This document shows, one piece after another, positions 1 to 10,424 of a stretch of DNA of 64,000 bases. Below the pieces are notes generated by a model. It was not told the origin of the DNA and searched no databases. It saw nothing but the letters and a program-made list of their open reading frames with translations. The stretch is from Mayamaea pseudoterrestris (lineage: Eukaryota): contig BROI01000004.1 in NCBI GenBank assembly GCA_027923505.1, forward strand, positions 1,054,001 through 1,118,000, given 5' to 3'. The translations under genes were made by a program, and so were the position numbers. Position 1 is the first letter of the stretch. Every line of letters begins with the position of its first letter.

Positions 1-285
1 CGAGACGGAAACGTCGTGAAACATTTCAAACACCTTTGTGGATTGCTGTCTATCGTCATCGTCGTCGTCGTACGAAACAAATTTTCCGGCTTCACCATGC
101 TTGCCCTTGTTTGTTTGATGACTCTGCGGAAGACTCTGCAACGGTGACTGAACATGCAGCAGTTCATTCAGAGTTTGCTGCAAGCCAAGTTGCGTTGACG
201 ACGACGATCGCTGCCACCAAAGAGCGACGAGGCACAGCGAGCCGAGAATCACCGACAGCCTGTATATGATCAAAAGCTTTGACAT
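1..285 (-). CDS. 5' part of a gene for a probable type II membrane (Golgi-type) protein; runs off the window start
   Basis: ATG at 285 opens a stop-free frame to position 1: MSKLLIIYRLSVILGSLCLVALWWQRSSSS..., a short basic N-terminus, hydrophobic anchor and polar stem. Not in the ORF track because it has no stop inside the window. Confidence 0.6.
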   Translation of the reverse strand, partial: MSKLLIIYRLSVILGSLCLVALWWQRSSSSTQLGLQQTLNELLHVQSPLQSLPQSHQTNKGKHGEAGKFVSYDDDDDDRQQSTKVFEMFHDVSVS

Positions 286-524
286 GCTATTTTATAACGC
301 TTCGATACATGCAATAACTGAATTTGCTTGCAGCAGAGACGGCAGAAGGGGTGCCAGAGGTGCTGCTTTTGTGAAAGATGAACGAAGCAGCATGGCATCA
401 AAACGTGTTCAGTACCGCTAAGAGGATATGTATGTCGTACCACCACTAACTATCGCCGAAACAAAACGGTTCTCCATCACTGCCAAAAGCCGACGAGAGG
501 TGCAACGAACGAGTCATCCACGGC

Positions 525-1730
525 ATGACGACCATCCAGCTAGCTCGCAAGAATGCTAACAAAAGTACTAAAAGCTGCCTTCATCCGCAGCGACTACGCC
601 TTGCCATATTTACTGCTTGCTTTCTCGCCACTGGTTTCATCGGCAGCAACAGCAACACCATCAAGTCGTTGAGAAATTCGATTTCAGCATTTCATCTACC
701 ATTCGTTTGCAAGCGCTCTGCTACAATTAAGAAACCTCCATTATATTCATTGATATCCAAAGATGAAGCTAACATTACCGGAAAGGTCGACTGGCTGTTG
801 GACTTTGTCATTGCCGACCACCCCAAGTGCGCCACCACGAGCATCATGCAAGCTTTATATCAACATGAACAAGTCAAAATGTACAATCATGAAATATACT
901 CGCTGGCCAATGGCGATCCGGTGGATCTGGTCAAGCAACTGTATGCGCTTGGTGGTGATAATAAAAATAATGACAATGCGCATTCATGCAGCAACAACAA
1001 GATTATGAGGGGTTACAAGTCTCCCAACGAACTGCGACGCCTGCAATCACTCTGGTTGCTGCAGAAATATTTTCCAACGACAAAGCTCATTGTCGGACTC
1101 CGGCATCCCGTGTGGTGGTTTCAATCCTGGTACAATTTCAAGGCAACCCAAGGTAAATTATTGAATAACCATTCCACGGAACGGTTCGTTGACAACCTTC
1201 CGCCCATGCTCGACTTTCACAAGAATTTGGCGCAACTAGGCAAGACGAATGCAACCACTGATAGTCGCGAGCAAGGCTTGCTGGGAAACGATTTTCCGCG
1301 GCCGCTCAAGCCGTTTCAGGTGCGCCTCTATGAGCGACTCAACATGGAGCTAGTCACCGACGAAACGAGCGGCGCCACCACCGTTGCCATGACAAAGCTT
1401 GACAATCCAGTATTCTTGTACGTGGACGAGCAAGTCAACGATCCAGCCTTTTCATCCAGTCTTCAGTCATTTTTGCACCTCGACACACCCATCGCTCCCA
1501 TTGGCCGCAACAATTCCGCCGCCGCGCATCGCATGGACGTTTGCCACTACAGTCATCGGCCTCTGCGCGCTGCGCTGGTGGAGCTGGGAAGCGACATGGC
1601 CGACTGGATCTTGGAGTATTTTGTAACATTGCCAGAAGTGACAGTTTCGTCGCCAAACAAGTTTCGCGCGTTACTGCTGGAATGGAAGAAGGATCCCTGT
1701 CGCGGGCCGTTGGTGTTTGAATATGACTGA
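525..1730 (+). CDS. Sulfotransferase-like P-loop protein, type II membrane
   Basis: 401-aa ORF with N-terminal TM (LAIFTACFLATGFIG), 5'-PSB-like LDFVIADHPKCATTS, GYKSP, and 3'-PB-like KLIVGLRHPVWWFQSWYN. Confidence 0.75.
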   Translation: MTTIQLARKNANKSTKSCLHPQRLRLAIFTACFLATGFIGSNSNTIKSLRNSISAFHLPFVCKRSATIKKPPLYSLISKDEANITGKVDWLLDFVIADHPKCATTSIMQALYQHEQVKMYNHEIYSLANGDPVDLVKQLYALGGDNKNNDNAHSCSNNKIMRGYKSPNELRRLQSLWLLQKYFPTTKLIVGLRHPVWWFQSWYNFKATQGKLLNNHSTERFVDNLPPMLDFHKNLAQLGKTNATTDSREQGLLGNDFPRPLKPFQVRLYERLNMELVTDETSGATTVAMTKLDNPVFLYVDEQVNDPAFSSSLQSFLHLDTPIAPIGRNNSAAAHRMDVCHYSHRPLRAALVELGSDMADWILEYFVTLPEVTVSSPNKFRALLLEWKKDPCRGPLVFEYD

Positions 1731-2048
1731 GTCATTAAAGTCAATGGCACGTGAGTGATTTGACGTTAGGCGAAAGGATTGATTGTTGCAGCTTTGTGGG
1801 GGTGAACAAAAGCCACCAATGCTAATTTCAGCTGAATGACATAACAAAAATAAGTAATAGCCTGATAAGAATGAGTATATGTGACACAATATTTCTCTAC
1901 ATCCTGTTCGTCGCATGCGATGAGTGCCTGGCTTTCTCTGCTATTACTAATCGCTTCGCCAATCGAACGGATAGCCTCTCATCGTACCGGTACTGAATTC
2001 ATTCGTTCATCGCGACCGCCGAAACCGTTGCGCACAAATTCGTCGACC

Positions 2049-3017
2049 ATGGCGATTCTAGAGCGAATCATTGTTTTAGAAAGAACCGTAAAGGGCTTAC
2101 TGGCTGGACTATGTCTTATTGTGTGTATACTTTACATGAATGATGTTCGAAATGAGCCACTAAAGGATCGATCCCTGCGGCTATCGCTCCCTGACGACGC
2201 CAGCTCTTCCACTACAATCAACAACAAGCACGATCCAATCCTTGTCATGGGCTTGCCTCGCTCTGGCTCCCTTTCCATTCACAACTACTTTCAATGCAAC
2301 GGCATAAAATCTGCTCATTACTGCTGCGGCAATTCCCCCAAGAGCTCATTCTCCTGCGGCAGCAAGCATCCAACCTGTGGCTCGTGCGTCTTGGACAATC
2401 TATCCAACGCGAAACCAGCCTTTGAACACTGCGGCAGCGACTACCAAGTCTATTCACAGTTTGACGTGGAAGCATCGGATCCATTCGAATGGTTCCTTCC
2501 GCAACATTTTGCGCTGCCGTTGCTGCACAAGGACTATCCAAAGGCCGTTTGGATTTTGAATCAACGTGACAATGCCGGTGTTTGGGCTGACTCCGTCTTG
2601 CACTGGTATACAGTCTCATTGCGGCTCATGAACTCGTTTGGAATGAACTATCATGAGTATCCAAAACAGGAAACGACTGCTGCTGCGCAAAACAAGTTCC
2701 CATTGATGGGACCGCAGACGGAAATGACGCAAAACGACGTGGAAGTTTGCTTGACGGATGCCTACGACGCTGCCGTTTCGTTGAAGGAGCATGCGCGGCG
2801 GCGAGCCGCATTGGAGTCCATCTACGAGCGTCATTTACAAAAGGTGCGCCAGTTTGTGCAAGACCATCCATCCCATCGACTCATTGAGATGAACGTTGAT
2901 GATGTGAATGCGGTAGAGGCGCTCACCAAGGAATTTCCAAAATACAAACCAAATTGCTGGCACTTTAATGCACAAGACTATGATGGCGACTGGAAAGATT
3001 TTACGTTAAAGGTATAA
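2049..3017 (+). CDS. Sulfotransferase-family/P-loop protein, type II membrane
   Basis: Probable start at ATG 2049 (MAILERII). TM segment GLLAGLCLIVCILY, P-loop-like ILVMGLPRSGSLSI, and WILNQRD...WADS. Confidence 0.7.
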   Translation: MAILERIIVLERTVKGLLAGLCLIVCILYMNDVRNEPLKDRSLRLSLPDDASSSTTINNKHDPILVMGLPRSGSLSIHNYFQCNGIKSAHYCCGNSPKSSFSCGSKHPTCGSCVLDNLSNAKPAFEHCGSDYQVYSQFDVEASDPFEWFLPQHFALPLLHKDYPKAVWILNQRDNAGVWADSVLHWYTVSLRLMNSFGMNYHEYPKQETTAAAQNKFPLMGPQTEMTQNDVEVCLTDAYDAAVSLKEHARRRAALESIYERHLQKVRQFVQDHPSHRLIEMNVDDVNAVEALTKEFPKYKPNCWHFNAQDYDGDWKDFTLKV

Positions 3018-3586
3018 CTAAAGAAGGCCGTGGCACTCGATAGTCCATGTGGGTTGTTTCATAACCCCGCCTGCCTTGGTGCTCAGTCCTGCCTCAAGCA
3101 AATGATCAAATTCGCTGCCATGTAAACTAGCACTACAGGCAGACAGATCCCTTTAATTCCAACGACGTATCAAATTTGCGCCTTTTGTAAATCTTTAAGC
3201 CAAGTTCGATTTCACTAGTCAACGTACAGGTCTATTGTAGCTGGGCCAATTGTACGAATCAAGTATGGCCATGCCATTACAAATTTTCCTCGTCTGTACT
3301 ATCATCGCGACTTGGAGATAATCGGCGCGACTAGCCTTTGCTGGCCAGAAATGCTTACGGACCAAATCGGATTGTCAGCTGCCGCTTCTTAGACTTAGTG
3401 GACCAAAGAACCGTCGAGATTCGTCATCCCGGCAACACAATATTTCTTTTGTAATTGTAGCAGCGCCCAAGGTTGCCAGCTTTTACGCAATGTGACTTTT
3501 GAGAAATTGTAGGTTCACGCGCCCACCAAATTTAATTGTCACGAGTGACGGAACACTCATGATAGCATAGTACTGAGCGAGATGAA

Positions 3587-5824
3587 TCACATAAGCTGGT
3601 CCAAAAGTGCGGTCGCTTCATTGGCAGAACTATCACGACCACCTTTCTTCGTGGCTTGCCGCTCACGAGCCGACGCCTTCACAGCAGCACTAAAGTTTGC
3701 TCGTTTCAGAAAAATACACCGGCAAGGGCCAACACTCACAAAGGCTGAAAAGTCTGGCGCATATCTTGCATCTTGAAGTGCACCGCGGCCAAGTAGCGAC
3801 CAGTTGGACATGTCTGTTCGGAATTTATCTACTCCAGATTCGACTGTCACTTTCCCAGTCAGAATCAAAGTGGCAAAGTCAGTTTTCTTGTTCTTTTCAT
3901 AAAGAAGAACACCTGGCAGAGACTGTCCAACCTTATGTAGTGCGACTGGTACTGTCGCAACTGGCGTCTCAGCAACGAGTTGATGCAGCTGGTGCTCAGT
4001 TAAGTCCGCTACAACAGCCGGATAATTGATTGAGAGATGTGCACTCACAGCTCGAGTCTCATCGGGCGAGAGTTTTTGCTCAACTATTTTTGAATTGAAA
4101 AGAGACAATCTTGCCCAGCGGAGTTTCTCGTCGCGGTCTTCGTAAGCATCTTTGGATTTCTCGGCAGCGTCAGTCTCGTCAACAATTTCGTCGCCTGCGT
4201 AAACAGAGAAAACGTGTAAATCGAGCCAATTATCAAGAAGTAAGATGACAAAGCAAATAGCGTACCCAGAATCTCCTCTATAATATCCTCGAGGGTGATG
4301 ATGCCCTGCAAACTGATTATAGAAGCAAGTTCCCCGTCGCCATCAAACGGGTCGCGCACGAGCGCCATGTCCGAGCGACCACCTGTGCCCTGCAAGTCGC
4401 TCACTTGATCCTCAGTGACTCCCTCATTCGAATCGCGCACGAGTGCCATATGTGACCGACCTTTCTTCAGCTCGCGCAAGACGTCACCCAGCGTGTCATT
4501 TATGGTAGCAACATGGGTTGAACGACCAAATATCTCAATAACGTCCTTCACCGGCGTTTCTGTTGGAATCACAGGCCAAAATCAGAAAAAATCAATCAAC
4601 TGAGCATCGCTTAATCATAATTCATGCACTTACCGTCGTCAGGGTCGATAAAGATCAGATCCTTGACAAACAAGAGACCAATAACGTTGTTCTGTTGGCG
4701 TGTAAAAATAGTTGCGAAAGTTAGCGGACGCAGTCACACAATCCTTGCCCGCACCAGCCCAATGCCGCAGATTACATACTTTGTCCGCCTTGTAGACTGG
4801 TATCCCGCTGTAGCCCGTCTTGAAGATGCGCGTAATCATTTCATAATTGAGCTTGTCGTCGACAGACAGCATGAACGCGCGGTCGATTGGAGTCATGACG
4901 TCCTTAACAGCCAAGTTCTTGTATTTCAATGCGCCAGTCATTGCAATCGCTTTGAAAAACGAAAAAGATTAGCTAACGCTGAGAACTACATTGAAAATGT
5001 TTACCCCGGCGTTACCACGTACCAGTTTCCGGATCAAGAGCATTCTCAGTTACATGAATCTGTAGCAGCTTCATAAGCTCCGCCGACGAGTACGTCGTCG
5101 CAATCTCCGCGCCCAAAACCTTGTCCAGGAGCCAGGAAAGTGGGTAGGCGACTGGATAGAGCAAGAAAAGCACAATTCGAACGAGCGGAATGGAGGCGCT
5201 GCCAATCATGAGCGAGTACCGACTGCACGCAGCTTGCGGTATAATTTCTCCAAAAATGACAATCAAAAAGGTTGCCGACAAAAATCCAACTAGTCCACCG
5301 GCCTTGTCGGCCATGAGAATGGACAGGAGCGAGTTTGACGCAATATTGCCAAGAACCAATGTGCACAGCAAAAGGTTGCCTCGCTGACGAAACGGATAGA
5401 TGCGTCTCGCCCGTTCGGCGTTCACGTCATTGTCGCCATGCATAATGATTTCAAGACCTGTATTGTCAAGTCCCATGAGTCCAAGCGTGAGGCCCGCAAA
5501 GGCGGCAGTCACGAATAGAAGCAACATGATGAGCGCAATCTGAGCAGGGAATGGAACGGCCGCCAAAATTTTGGATTCTGAATCGCTGCTGACAGTTTCG
5601 GCCGAGTAGTTCATCATGTATTGCTGGCAGCAGAACTCTGTGCAAAAGTCTTGCTCTCTCAAGAATCTGTCATAGCCTTGAAAAGTGGAATAATGATGGA
5701 TGCGGTTGTGCTTGATGGAGTCGTCGTCTGCGAAACAAATTGACGGTGATGCAATCATAAGGACGAGGAACAGAGCAAGCGCTGAGGATGCAAAACGCAT
5801 CGACTTGTTGAATAATAGACGCAT
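3587..5824 (-). CDS. CNNM: CNNM/DUF21-CBS metal (Mg2+) transporter with C-terminal cNMP-binding-like domain; 5 exons
   Basis: Signal peptide; DUF21 motifs FAGLTLGLMGLD, LLCTLVLGN, IVIFGEIIPQA; CBS pair (VKDVMTP, GYSGIPVY, spliced NNVIGLLFVKDLIFIDPDD, GIITLEDIIEEILG|DEIVDETD); C-terminal LILTGKVTVESG...YAPDFSA. GT-AG introns at about 4951-5022, 4693-4779, 4561-4633 and 4195-4265. Confidence 0.9.
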
Positions 5825-6173
5825 CAAACCTGCAATTTATGTTTGTGCAGGTAGGAGGGTGATCGGACGTTGAATGAAACTTGTACTTGCGCGACGTGAG
5901 ATTTGAACAAATTCGTGTCGCACCGTCACAAACCACTGCCTCACGATTCAAAATCAGTCGTGCATGGAGTTGGTCACAAGCGAGCAAAACATAGAAAGGA
6001 CAATCCGGTTGGGAATCATGCTATACATTACACGCCACTACTGTATAGAATAAAACTAGTGGGATCATATATAAGCCATTAAGCTCACTAAATGATATGT
6101 GCACGGCACAATGATAGACGCACTTATAATCTTCGACGGACCGACATACGATCGTTCTCAATTTTTAACAGAC

Positions 6174-7592
6174 TTAAAGCTGGACAACGCGCTGAATCAC
6201 CATATCGTCAGGGCGACCCTCCGGAAACATAATGTTGGCAAGCTGAAAATCTTCACCACGGACATCAAGGAGTTGGCACCGACGGAGAACAGACTTGGCC
6301 TTGCTAAAGCTGAACGTGGTCGAGCTCGTGAGGCCGAGTGCCGCGAGGAGCTCCTGGAGTGAGTAAACCCTGCCGTCGCTGAGAATGTTCAAAATCTCAT
6401 GAGCCTTTGTACCGGCTCCCACAGTGGAAATTGCGTCTTGGATGCGTCGCAGAGCTTGCTTGTTGCTCATGGGCGTTGGAACATAAAAGCGACTTCCTTG
6501 CCCAATGTGAGCCAAGCCAAGATATCCCGGAGAAACCTTTCGAATGTCACCCGAAACAATCAAAGCACGAAGATTGGTTGTAAAACTAAAGGTAGTCACC
6601 GAGCCATATCCGGCGAACAAAGCGACATGGATGCGAGACGCTGCAGCAAGGCCGCGTGAATGTAGCTCCGCGAGGCCCATTCCGATTCGTTGCTGAACAG
6701 CTTCACTAACCGCATCGTTAACAATCTCTTCGAGAGCTGTGGAGGAAGGCACATCAGGCGGCCCTTCCAAAACAGAGTCATGGTCAATTTCTTGTTTGAT
6801 TTTGGGGCGCTCAACTTCGTCCGTCAAATCAATCACCTCGTAATATGGGTCCTTTGCAGCCGGCTTTGCGGACGACGCACTCGAGCTGTCAGATGATGCT
6901 GCTTCAACCACGTTATAAGACGTATCAATCGCTCGCTTGTTACCCAGCGCCTGAGAAGGAAATGACTCGAACTTGTACTGGCTGCTATCAAGAATCGAGC
7001 CAAGGGTCGACGCCTGGACTTTCTTCCCCTTCGTATTGACGTGGCCTGCAAGAGTTGGAGCACTGTCGACGCTCGCTTGGGCCGCAAAAGTTTTTTCTAC
7101 CTGGTCGTGGCTGCGTTTCGAGGCAACACCTGAGCCACTTTGGAGTCCAACAGAACTACCTTCCGCATCAGTCTCCTGCACCGAAGCATTCTTGAGCTTT
7201 CCCCACTCAAGAATGAGAGTTGCGCGAACGAAAATCGTAGGATTGAACAGGCGCAAGACATCCTCGAACTCCACTTCACTGAGTTCAGTCAAATCATCCA
7301 GTGACACTAACATCAAGTCGCTCACCTCTTTTAAAGAAGTGGGTGAGATCGCTTGAGTCAAGTTCTCGCTCACCGCTTTCAGAGAAGTGGGTGAGATCGC
7401 TTGAGTCAAGTTCTTGCGAGACCTCCAGTCATAAACAACCGCAGCACGCTGAACAGCATTATATCCGTCCTTGCGCTCAAGCTTCTCCAGCCAGTGGAGG
7501 AACTTGGCATCGCTCAATCGGAGCAGTGATCTCACGGGTAAACGATACTCATCGATGAATTGTTCAAGTGACTTCATCGATGTGGGTGCCAT
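6174..7592 (-). CDS. Uncharacterised probable nuclear protein: two N-terminal SAM-like helical repeats, SIM/SUMO motifs, C-terminal tandem winged-helix module
   Basis: 472-aa intronless ORF. The C-terminal ~150 aa align by eye to the neighbouring 214-aa protein (GxGTKAxE...LSDG...FPEGRP). Contains VIDLT and IKQE motifs. Confidence 0.7.
   Translation of the reverse strand: MAPTSMKSLEQFIDEYRLPVRSLLRLSDAKFLHWLEKLERKDGYNAVQRAAVVYDWRSRKNLTQAISPTSLKAVSENLTQAISPTSLKEVSDLMLVSLDDLTELSEVEFEDVLRLFNPTIFVRATLILEWGKLKNASVQETDAEGSSVGLQSGSGVASKRSHDQVEKTFAAQASVDSAPTLAGHVNTKGKKVQASTLGSILDSSQYKFESFPSQALGNKRAIDTSYNVVEAASSDSSSASSAKPAAKDPYYEVIDLTDEVERPKIKQEIDHDSVLEGPPDVPSSTALEEIVNDAVSEAVQQRIGMGLAELHSRGLAAASRIHVALFAGYGSVTTFSFTTNLRALIVSGDIRKVSPGYLGLAHIGQGSRFYVPTPMSNKQALRRIQDAISTVGAGTKAHEILNILSDGRVYSLQELLAALGLTSSTTFSFSKAKSVLRRCQLLDVRGEDFQLANIMFPEGRPDDMVIQRVVQL
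7318..7413. repeat. 48-bp tandem duplication (2 copies) inside the 472-aa gene
   Basis: tcgctcacc...gaagtgggtgagatcgcttgagtcaagttc occurs twice back-to-back, encoding NLTQAISPTSLK(A/E)VS(E/D) twice. Confidence 0.9.
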
Positions 7593-8079
7593 GGCTGCGC
7601 TTCAGGAATTATCGATAAGCGACAAGGTGGCGACGATTGTTTGCGAGCGACGAATGAAAGTGAGAGCGAAGTTGGCGTCCAAATCACTTCGCTCGCCACG
7701 ATTGGAACGGACACAAATCAGAATGGAACGTTCTCTTCGCCAGTAAATAGGAAGCATGCATCTCTTACGAACGAGTCGGGAGTGTTGGTCGGTTTCTTTC
7801 GATATGCGTTAAGAAAGCGCAATCGTGATGCCAATGCTGTCACGCTCCGAGTACCGCGGTACGATTCGCACAAATGCTTATAGCTATGTATGACATTCGG
7901 TTTGACTTAATGTAGCAATGGCATGTATAGTGGAATACTGAATAAATATTTAATTAGCTTCTTACTTATGATATAATGCGGAAACGCATCGACAGCTTCC
8001 TAATCCAAGTCAGACAGCAAGTTCTCGGGTAAAATATAATTCGAGACCAATCCATCCACCAACTCGTCGACAATCCCAC

Positions 8080-8724
8080 CTACGGACGTCCCTCCGGAAA
8101 GGCAACATCCAAGAGCTTGAACGTCTTATTGCCAAGCTCCTCAATGAGTGGCAGTTTCTTGAGCAAGGGAATAGAGTCGCGAAAGCTCTTGGTGTCCGTC
8201 GAAACGCCAAACTGCTTGGCCATCCATTCGCGCGAACGCGCCTGCCCGTCACTCAGCAGCTTGCAAACCTCAAAGGCCTTGGTTCCCGTGCCAAACATTT
8301 CCAAGACATGCTCGAGACGTTCCAATGCTTGCGCATTCGTCATGGGTTCCTGCTGCGCCTTGTTGCACTTGGCTTGACCAGCCTCCGTCAAGGAAAGGAT
8401 ACTGGTAGCTCCAGAAGTAGCCAGAATGACTCCAGCATCCTTCAACGCCTTGACGTTGCGGCGATACGACTTGGTGTCAGTGCTGTTAAAGCCCGTGTAC
8501 TTGGCCACCATGAGATTGGGAACTTCGGCAATCTCAAAGACGCGAACGTCGGCCAGGGCATTGAGAATCTTGGCTTGAATCTCATCGTCCGATTTTCCGC
8601 CAGGCTCGCCCTTGGCGCGACGCTTGGCGGGAGCCTTGGGTTTGGGTGCCTTGGGTTTGGTTGGGTTGGTCTTCTTCGTGGCCTTGGCTTTAGAGGCGGC
8701 GGCTGGAGTCGATGATTTAGCCAT
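8080..8724 (-). CDS. Small basic protein with K/P/A-rich histone-H1-like tail and two winged-helix-like repeats
   Basis: 214-aa ORF with strong GC3 codon bias. N-tail MAKSSTPAAASKAKATKKTNPTKPKAPKPKAPAKRR; repeats containing STDTKS(Y/F)R, L..L...G.I....LTEAG; ends FPEGRP. Confidence 0.8.
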   Translation of the reverse strand: MAKSSTPAAASKAKATKKTNPTKPKAPKPKAPAKRRAKGEPGGKSDDEIQAKILNALADVRVFEIAEVPNLMVAKYTGFNSTDTKSYRRNVKALKDAGVILATSGATSILSLTEAGQAKCNKAQQEPMTNAQALERLEHVLEMFGTGTKAFEVCKLLSDGQARSREWMAKQFGVSTDTKSFRDSIPLLKKLPLIEELGNKTFKLLDVAFPEGRP

Positions 8725-9638
8725 GGTTGCCAGTTGAAAGCGATGAAAGGGTTTGATTGAACGTAATGCGCGGTTGTTGACGCAACACCAAGAGTGCGGC
8801 AGGGCGAAATTATGCGACCAAACCTATTGCAAATGAGCCAAGGTCGTGGCCGATTCGTCACGCTCGCTCAAGGTTTCACGCTACGCTGCAAATAGACTCG
8901 ATCAAAGTGTACTGCCAGCCGTCTCCACGCTGGTCCAGCGGCGTGACAAGTCATGGAGCTCCGTGGGGCGGCCGCAGGTCAGGGCGCATCAGCCTACCGA
9001 GACTACAGTAAAGGCGCCGTTGATATACCATCAACTCAAGTCGTGTCGAGTCGGCCTCGCCTGTCACGCTGCGTCCGTCCGTCATCATTTACGTAGCTGC
9101 ACCTCGTACCACAGTGACGCGCAAATGCATTTCAATTTCACCGCCATCTTGACGAGCGACTATTTCAAAACATCATCGCACGCATTTGCCAAGATTGGCG
9201 ACACGTTAATCTTTGCTTTGGTTCACGGATCGTCGCGGCGCGGCACGTGGTTCGTCGACTTCCGGCCGCGGAATCCAAGGAACGGCAACCAAACGTCACG
9301 CTACTGCCCCCGTGACCTCAGATACGCTCTCAAGCGTTTGTCGGTGTTGTCACAAACGTTCAAGGAACAATATTTACGATCGCCGCTGAGTGATGCGAAA
9401 GATCCGAATCCACTCAGACGCGTTCGATATCTTTCACTTTCAACGAATCAAAATCCGAGATCATGTTCGACGATCGCCTTGGAGCAGTGATGAAACCCAC
9501 CCGCCGGCTGCATGACAACACGACATCATCGAGTTGAACGCTTCACACACACAATCGAGCACCCTGCTTCGATCTCCATCTTCTGCCGACAACCTTATTT
9601 CGACTTTCCTTTTTTTAATTCCTCTCAACTCTATCACC

Positions 9639-10214
9639 ATGGTCCTCGCCACTTCCGTCAAGCAAAAAGACGTGAACCTTGCCTCATTTGACAGTAAGTA
9701 GTCTACTTGTTGCTTGCGCGTATCTTTTCGTTGCGGGCGCGCGCCATATCCATTTCATGGAGGAATTCGATCGTTGCGAGTCGTTTCATCATGCAGGATT
9801 GGTTTGCGACGCTTGCAAAGATGAAAAATTTGCATGTATGGAGTGTATACTTGTCGGGGTAGCTTGCATGCAATGATGCATGTCCAGAGATCAAAAAGAT
9901 ACGGCGCGGCAGCGACGGTTTCCGTGATTTATACCTCGTGCATATGACGTAAGACTCATCATCATTACTTTCAATCCACTTATTACCCAGGCAAAAACTC
10001 TCGCGCATACTGCGAAAGCCTCGCCGCCAAGCTCAAGAGCAGCGACCTTCCCGCCTCGTGCCGTCAACTGTTCGACGAGGACGCGAAAAAAGTGGATGCT
10101 TTTGCCGGCATGCGCCCCAACGAGGCCATCAAGGCGCGCAACTCGCTCAAGCAGGGGATCGAGTCTCACGCCAAGGTGCAGCGTCGATTGACGACGGGAT
10201 CCAAGTATCAGTAA
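9639..10214 (+). CDS. Small spliced orphan protein (92 aa), absent from the ORF track; exons 9639-9693 and 9991-10214
   Basis: CACC-ATG after a pyrimidine-rich leader; GTAAGT donor at 9694; CTCAT branch-like motif and CCCAG acceptor at 9990; intron phases match. Product MVLATSVKQKDVNLASFDSKNSRAYCESLAAKLKSSDLPASCRQLFDEDAKKVDAFAGMRPNEAIKARNSLKQGIESHAKVQRRLTTGSKYQ. Exon 2 is strongly GC3-biased. Confidence 0.7.
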
Positions 10215-10424
10215 GAGAAAAAGAGTGGCTGCGAGACAGTGAGGTTATGCGAGCGCAAGAGCCTGGCTCTAAGATTACCTGCTTCCGGACGGTACATGGT
10301 ATACATTCAAGATGACTGTTTTAAACAATACGCAAGCAGGCACTTAATGCAAGAGTAGTTTTATTTCACGTATTTATTAAAGAAACATGTTGTCTATCGT
10401 TAAATCATATATTGATTTTGTAAA

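Noticed and set aside
8080..8724. Z-alpha (Z-DNA-binding) domain assignment for the winged-helix repeats
   Set aside because: The N..LY recognition-helix residues and the P-P.W wing signature are absent.
8846..9490. 214-aa ORF on the + strand, starting at GTG
   Set aside because: Non-ATG start, no motifs and no evident codon bias; it lies in the shared upstream region of two divergent genes.
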